From the NCBI GenBank assembly GCA_037310415.1, contig CP147780.1, forward strand, positions 1,344,001 through 1,408,000: DNA of 64,000 bases. Direction: 5' to 3'. Position numbers and translations under genes: made by a program. Of this stretch, positions 58,650 to 64,000 are shown piece after piece (position 1 is the first letter of the stretch; each line of letters begins with the position of its first letter). The notes beneath the pieces were generated by a model that saw only the letters and a program-made list of their open reading frames with translations, searched no databases and was not told the origin of the DNA. This stretch comes from Candidatus Atabeyarchaeum deiterrae. Its GTDB lineage: Archaea; Asgardarchaeota; Atabeyarchaeia; Atabeyarchaeales; Atabeyarchaeaceae.

Positions 58650-59837
58650 TTGAACTCACGCGATAGATTAATAGCAGTTCTTGAGAGACATGAGCCGGAT
58701 TACGTCCCAATAGTTCTTCAGTCCGTCATCTCCTCGAGAGTCTCTGATGAATTAATGAAAGCAACTGGACAGAACGGTAGACGGGGATCGACTTCCCCAT
58801 CGGTAGGCATAACGTACAGGATGTACAGGGAATTCGTAGACAAACTTATCAAGTCAAATCCCTCAAACTGGAAAGAAGAGTTCACAAAAGTAGCCAACAT
58901 GGTTGCAGTCACTCCAATTGACATTAACCTTTACACGAAACTAGGTGTCGATGGTTTCTTCCATGCAGCGTCTAATGGGAGAGTCAGAGTACTGGACGAA
59001 AACCATGTTATCAATGAGTTCGGTCAGATTTCGAAATTCGGTGATGCAAACGGCGAACTCATGCAATGGTATAATGACGGGTACCTCAAGACGCCTGAAC
59101 AGCGTGACCAATGGGAACAGTCGCTACCTGGACCAGATCGAGTTAAGCCCTACGAGGCGGCATTGAAGACCTGCGGAGAAAGGGTCTATCCGATCGGGTT
59201 CGTGGTTGGAATATTCGAGTTGACGTGGCAGTCTATGGGCTTCACTGAGTTTTCCCGCAACTTGAAGGTCAATCCCGGATTTGTGCGAAGAGTTTACAGT
59301 GAGCATGCCAAGTTCGCTGAGGAGTTAGCCAAGCAGTTCATAGACGCAGGCGCCGAGGTCTTAGGAATAGGAGATGATGTGGCTTACAGAGATAACTTGA
59401 TGGTTTCTCCCAAAATGTGGGCTGAATTTGTTCAGCCTCATGTGAGAAGAATTGTCAACACTATTCACAAACGTGGAGCACTCGTCTTCATGCACTCTGA
59501 TGGTTACATCACGCCTCTGATGGACCTCATAATCGGATCTGGATATGATGGAATACAGAGCCTTGAACCACTTGCTGGTGTGAAACTGTCTGAAGTTAAG
59601 AAGAAATATGGTGAACGAATAGGCATGATAGGTGGCATTGACACATCTCAGCTACTGCCATACGGGACTGAGAATGAAGTGGAGACCGCTGTTAGGCAAG
59701 CTATACGAGCAGCTGGGAAAGGAGGAGGCTACGCGATCGGGCCTTGCACCGAGATCCACTGGGGGTGCAAAGCTGAAAACGTTTTAGCAATGATCAAGTA
59801 CGCTAGAAAATACGGCAAATACCCTCTCCAGAAATAG
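58650..59837 (+). CDS. Uroporphyrinogen decarboxylase/MtaA-family protein
   Basis: MNSRDR...EPDYVP, GDDVA, HSDG, GGID, GGGYAI. Confidence 0.85.
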   Translation: MNSRDRLIAVLERHEPDYVPIVLQSVISSRVSDELMKATGQNGRRGSTSPSVGITYRMYREFVDKLIKSNPSNWKEEFTKVANMVAVTPIDINLYTKLGVDGFFHAASNGRVRVLDENHVINEFGQISKFGDANGELMQWYNDGYLKTPEQRDQWEQSLPGPDRVKPYEAALKTCGERVYPIGFVVGIFELTWQSMGFTEFSRNLKVNPGFVRRVYSEHAKFAEELAKQFIDAGAEVLGIGDDVAYRDNLMVSPKMWAEFVQPHVRRIVNTIHKRGALVFMHSDGYITPLMDLIIGSGYDGIQSLEPLAGVKLSEVKKKYGERIGMIGGIDTSQLLPYGTENEVETAVRQAIRAAGKGGGYAIGPCTEIHWGCKAENVLAMIKYARKYGKYPLQK

Positions 59838-59873
59838 AATGAATCAAAGCAGAAGTCCTGGTCAGGAATGTAG

Positions 59874-61088
59874 TCACGCTAGGTCTCTCGCGATTTGCTT
59901 AACTGTCTCCTTGAATGTCTGCACTTCTTCAAAGGTATTGTAGAGATATAGTGAAGCTCTAACTGATCCCTGCAACCCTTGCGCGTTGAACCAGCTATGC
60001 ACGCAAAACATCCCTGATCTCACCATGATGTTAGCCACTTCATCGAGAATCATAGCAACATCATGAGAATTGAGCCCTTCAACGTTGAAACTGAAAATAC
60101 CTGATCTGAGCTTCGGATCTCTTGGACCGATCAACTTGATTTTGCCCTCATCGACAAGGAGTTCTGTTATAGCTTCATTTAGCTCAGTTTCATGCCGCTC
60201 AATTTCATCCATACCGATTTTCATCAAATACTCGGCAGCAGCCCCAGCTCCGATTATCCCAGCGTAGTCTTGGAGCCCTGCTTCAAATCGCTCAGGTGGT
60301 TTGAGCATTGTGTATGAATCATAGTGCGTGTCTGAGACGGTGTCTCCTCCGGTCATAAAGGGCTTCAACTTGTCCAACTGATCATATCTACCGTAGAGAA
60401 CACCGATACCGCTCGGTCCACACATCTTGTGAATCGAAAAAGCGAAGAAATCAACATCAAGGTTAGCAACATCGATTTTCCTATGTGGTGCACTCTGAGC
60501 CGCATCAAGCAAAACCAACGCTCCATAATCATGGGCCACCTTGATTATTTCTCGGGCTGGTATGGATACCCCGTCAAGATTCGACGTGTGAACCATTGAG
60601 ACCAGCCTGACCTTTCCACTCATCACATTCTCGAACTCAGTCATGTTGAAGGTAGTATCACTATTAGACTTGACAACAATATGCTTGATTCCAGTACGTT
60701 GAGACAGAACCAGCCACGGAACCAGATTCGAGTTATGTTCATGATCAGTTGTTAAAACAATATCCCCCTTCTTCAACTCAAGGGAATTGGATATGAGGTT
60801 GATAGCTTCCGTGGTGTTCTTGGTGAAGACTATCTCTTCCTCTTTTTCAGCTCCTATCAGGTGACTGATTTTAAGACGAGCGTCATCACATAGCTGGGTC
60901 ACTCTCAGTCCCAATTTATGTATGCTTCGGCCTCCGCAGGCAGGGTAATTCTCATAGTAACCGCATATCGCCTCGACCACCTGCTTGGGTCTCAGAGTCA
61001 TGCAAGCACTATCGAAGTAAATTGGTAGCTTCCCGTTGAGAAGCTTGCTAAGTACCGGGAAATCTTCCCTGATCTTGCTAACATCCAA
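59874..61088 (-). CDS. sufS: Cysteine desulfurase, SufS type
   Basis: IREDFP, YFDSA, EHNSN, DAAQS, SIHKMCGP, VRSGMFC, RASLYLYN. Confidence 0.9.
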   Translation of the reverse strand: MDVSKIREDFPVLSKLLNGKLPIYFDSACMTLRPKQVVEAICGYYENYPACGGRSIHKLGLRVTQLCDDARLKISHLIGAEKEEEIVFTKNTTEAINLISNSLELKKGDIVLTTDHEHNSNLVPWLVLSQRTGIKHIVVKSNSDTTFNMTEFENVMSGKVRLVSMVHTSNLDGVSIPAREIIKVAHDYGALVLLDAAQSAPHRKIDVANLDVDFFAFSIHKMCGPSGIGVLYGRYDQLDKLKPFMTGGDTVSDTHYDSYTMLKPPERFEAGLQDYAGIIGAGAAAEYLMKIGMDEIERHETELNEAITELLVDEGKIKLIGPRDPKLRSGIFSFNVEGLNSHDVAMILDEVANIMVRSGMFCVHSWFNAQGLQGSVRASLYLYNTFEEVQTFKETVKQIARDLA

Positions 61089-61161
61089 GCTTTGCCCATC
61101 TCCTTCAATGAAGCTGAGGTTTATTTCGGAATTCTCTTCAGCTTCGCTTGGCTTACTGTTG

Positions 61162-61527
61162 TCAACAGGTCTTCCTGATTACAGCCTCAGAAAGCATTTT
61201 GCTTATCATTTGAAGGGTCTTGACTGCATCCTCACGATCCTTAGCACGTCTTATGATTATCTTTCCTTGTTTCCATATGTGAATGTTCTTGTCTTCATAT
61301 TCGACTATTGCGTAGCCCAGTTCTGTCGAACAACGGACTTTCCGGAAGTCTCGGGCCTTGTTTAGAATATCACACATCTTGACGGAATCAAAGTACGATC
61401 CTTTTCTTTCAGTTCCATCCTTTGTTCTTAACTTTGATTCCAGAGTCATCCGTTGGTCCTCGGCGCACGGATTCACCTCGATCACTTGACTCTCTTCGCC
61501 GTTCTCGTCACGATTGTTGACGGGCAT
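61162..61527 (-). CDS. Hypothetical protein, possible TBP-like alpha/beta domain
   Basis: NPCAE...IHIWKQGKIIIRRAKDREDA; lies between iscS and sufS. Confidence 0.6.
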   Translation of the reverse strand: MPVNNRDENGEESQVIEVNPCAEDQRMTLESKLRTKDGTERKGSYFDSVKMCDILNKARDFRKVRCSTELGYAIVEYEDKNIHIWKQGKIIIRRAKDREDAVKTLQMISKMLSEAVIRKTC

Positions 61528-61581
61528 CCCAGTTTTCCCCGATGAGTCATGTGATCAGTGAGTACAGTCTGTTCGTGCTAA

Positions 61582-62766
61582 TTAGGATTCTGACGGCGCA
61601 ATTGGAGACATCGCTCTAAGCTTTTTGACAATGTCGGGTAGGTTCTCCAGAATCAAGTCAACATCGCTCTCAGTATTTGCCTTGCCCAGACTGAACTGAA
61701 GAGAACCGTGTGCCTCCTCATGCTGACAACCGATTCCTATTAGCACATGTGATGGCTCAAGCTTCTTGGACGTGCATGCTGATCCCGATGAGACATAGAC
61801 TCCAAGCATGTCGAGGTTAAGTATCATAGATTCCCCTTCAACATAACTGAACCTGATGTTTGCACTATTGGGAACTCTCTTGGTCGGGTGTCCATTCAAA
61901 TATGCATGGTCCACCTTTTCCAGTAGGCCCTTTATCAGTTTGTCCCGAATCTTGGTGAGCCTCTTGCCTTCTTCCTTCATTTCGAGCTTAGCAAGTTCAG
62001 CTGCTTTTCCCATGCCAACGATGCCGGGAACATTCTCGGTCCCCGACCTTAGCCCCATCTCCTGTCCTCCGCCCTGGATTATGGGTTGAATTCTTACATC
62101 TTCGCCCACGTAGAGAACTCCAATACCTTTCGGACCATACATGTCGTTGGATGAAATCGTCAGTAAGTCAATTTTCTCTTCCTTTACATTGACTGAGATC
62201 TTTCCGCATGCGGCCACTGCATCAACGTGGAGTGGCACATTTCTGTCTGAAGCGATCTCGCCTATTTGCGGGATGGGTTGTATCGTTCCAATCTCGCCAT
62301 TGGCATAGGTCAAAGTTATGAGAATAGTCTTCTCAGTAATTAGTGAGTCTAGCTTCTCCGGGTCGACTAAGCCGTACTTGTCTACGGGTACATAGCTGAT
62401 TTCAAAGCCTTCTTTTTCAAGGGACTTTAATGTGTTAAGAATGGACATGTGTTCAATTGGGGTTGATATTATGTGGTTACCTTTTCCCTTGTTCCTGTAA
62501 GCTACTCCCTTTATCGCTAGGTTATTTGACTCAGTTGCTCCTGAAGTGAAACCTATCTGCCTAACGTTGTCAGTGCCTATCAGCTTCGCAACGCCTGCCC
62601 TGCCATTCTCAACAGCGCTCTTAGCCTCCAATCCCATGCTATGAACTGAAGACGGGTTTCCGAACCTCTCGGTGAAATATGGCAACATTTCCTTCAATAC
62701 TCTAGGATCAACGGGATAACCCGCGGAGTAATCCATATAGATCCTTTTTTGAGTCTGCCCACTCAT
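61582..62766 (-). CDS. iscS: Cysteine desulfurase, IscS/NifS type
   Basis: FGNPSS, TSGATESNN, HVDAV, YGPKG, RSGTENV, SSGSACTS. Confidence 0.92.
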   Translation of the reverse strand: MSGQTQKRIYMDYSAGYPVDPRVLKEMLPYFTERFGNPSSVHSMGLEAKSAVENGRAGVAKLIGTDNVRQIGFTSGATESNNLAIKGVAYRNKGKGNHIISTPIEHMSILNTLKSLEKEGFEISYVPVDKYGLVDPEKLDSLITEKTILITLTYANGEIGTIQPIPQIGEIASDRNVPLHVDAVAACGKISVNVKEEKIDLLTISSNDMYGPKGIGVLYVGEDVRIQPIIQGGGQEMGLRSGTENVPGIVGMGKAAELAKLEMKEEGKRLTKIRDKLIKGLLEKVDHAYLNGHPTKRVPNSANIRFSYVEGESMILNLDMLGVYVSSGSACTSKKLEPSHVLIGIGCQHEEAHGSLQFSLGKANTESDVDLILENLPDIVKKLRAMSPIAPSES

Positions 62767-62893
62767 TTGTTCACACCTCTCCTAAACAATGGTAGGAGGA
62801 CTGAACTCAGTAGAGATCAGCGCACCTACACCTTTTAGTTGTGATTCATCTGAACTTAACTGTTGTTCTTGTCTTCTCTTCTGTCGAGAATCC

Positions 62894-63307
62894 CTAGAAG
62901 AACATTACTCCGTCTGACTCGAGCACGAGATCGTTGAGTGTCGCTGCGCCGACTACCTTGGCTTCTGGTATGAATGCACCTTTCGGATCCATTCCAAACA
63001 ACATGCAGCTTTGCTGGCAAATCATGAGTTTTACTCCTGCTTTGACTGCGTCGTCCATGACTTGCTTCAATGTAGGGAAGCTTCCAAGCTTGATTTTCTC
63101 AGCTTCGCCCTTCTTCACTACCATGACGCCCTTTTGCAAGAAGTAGACCGTTGCATCCAAATCCATGGCTCTCGCTGTTTGCCCTAGGATAAACGGGGAG
63201 TAGAGTCTCTCAGGAGTATCTGGACCGCTTGTCTGGACGTAGAGCAAGGATTGTTTCTTGCCGCCTGCCGTCTTTTTTGCAGCTTTAGCTTTTGGCACTT
63301 CTATCAC
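62894..63307 (-). CDS. DsrE/DsrF-like sulfur carrier
   Basis: TSGPDTPER...PF, YF...GV, CQQSC, VVGAA. Confidence 0.82.
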   Translation of the reverse strand: MIEVPKAKAAKKTAGGKKQSLLYVQTSGPDTPERLYSPFILGQTARAMDLDATVYFLQKGVMVVKKGEAEKIKLGSFPTLKQVMDDAVKAGVKLMICQQSCMLFGMDPKGAFIPEAKVVGAATLNDLVLESDGVMFF

Positions 63308-63308
63308 C

Positions 63309-63569
63309 TCATTTCTTTTTCCTTATTATGAATCGTAGCTTGCCATCTTCGCTTTTTGTGAAGGAGACTATTTCCTGTCCGAATCTCTTCGCCCACCTGT
63401 CTATATCTTCCTCGGCAGCTGGATCGTCTGCTAGAACTTCGAGGACTTGGCCGACTTTCATTCTGTCAACTTCTTCTCTAGTGCGGTACACTGGGATCGG
63501 GCAGTAGAATCCGATCAGATCTAGGATCTTATCTGGCTTGACCTCTGTCTCTTTCTTCGTAGGGCACAA
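63309..63569 (-). CDS. tusA: Sulfurtransferase TusA
   Basis: LDLIGFYCPIP, LEVLADDP...DI..W. Confidence 0.9.
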   Translation of the reverse strand: MCPTKKETEVKPDKILDLIGFYCPIPVYRTREEVDRMKVGQVLEVLADDPAAEEDIDRWAKRFGQEIVSFTKSEDGKLRFIIRKKK

Positions 63570-63734
63570 CCTCTTTTCATCTCCTCACTCATGAATATCA
63601 TGACTTTTCTATGACAAGCTTCACGTATTAATGATTCAATAGAACTCTATTTACATGTATGTTTGTTCTCATCGGACTCACTTCACTCGATGTCAGATAT
63701 GGGAACTCGAGATTGCTATGCAGTTAATAGTCTA

Positions 63735-64000
63735 CTACTCTCTCTCGATTATTGCTGCTGTTCCCTGTCCGCCACCAACGCACAACGTCGCTAGCCCATA
63801 TTTCGCATTATTCGATTTGAGTATTCGAGCGAGTGTCCCTACAAGTCTTGCCCCTGACGCACCGAGCGGATGTCCTATTGCTATGGCTCCACCCTTGACA
63901 TTCACTTTTTGCGGATCCATTCCGAGCTTGTCCAAAGCGTATAGCACAACGACTGCAAATGCCTCGTTAATCTCCCAGAAATCAATGTCTTCCGCTTTGA
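63735..64000 (-). CDS. Thiolase (acetyl-CoA C-acyltransferase), 3' part; runs off the right edge
   Basis: [30 protein letters not shown]. Confidence 0.93.
   Translation of the reverse strand, partial: KAEDIDFWEINEAFAVVVLYALDKLGMDPQKVNVKGGAIAIGHPLGASGARLVGTLARILKSNNAKYGLATLCVGGGQGTAAIIERE

Noticed and set aside
1-64000. CRISPR array, tRNA, rRNA, provirus
   Set aside because: I saw no regularly spaced repeats, cloverleafs, rRNA-like tracts or viral hallmark genes by eye; a very short RNA could have been missed.

Overview
64 kb of gene-dense archaeal chromosome with roughly 60 CDS. I found no rRNA, tRNA or CRISPR array. A likely eL22 (RPL22e) ribosomal protein, two longin-like proteins, a Rab-like small GTPase, an MglA-type GTPase and pelota point to an Asgard archaeon (inference, not a database result). 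Housekeeping and metabolic content: dnaK-grpE, a KaiC-family ATPase, ADP-forming acyl-CoA synthetase alpha, tldD-pmbA, lutAB with ferredoxins, a Ca-type P-ATPase, two 2-oxoacid:ferredoxin oxidoreductase clusters, and a tusA-dsrE-iscS-X-sufS sulfur-relay operon. One oxidoreductase cluster sits in an operon with an HdrA-MvhD fusion and an HdrC-like/GltD-like fusion. Mobile DNA: an orphan IS607 tnpA whose catalytic Ser is replaced, and an IS200/IS605 element with a decayed tnpA but an intact tnpB that has the Fanzor-type rearranged RuvC-II. The best candidate for an undescribed system is a structured leader of about 80 nt upstream of a QueT (7-deazaguanine precursor) transporter, which looks like an archaeal preQ0/preQ1-type riboswitch. 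Also noted: a 59-aa 8-Cys zinc finger missed by the ORF track, a GMP-synthase-B paralog with eroded catalytic motifs, and a GNAT gene split by an in-frame TAG. All calls come from reading motifs by eye; no searches were run.
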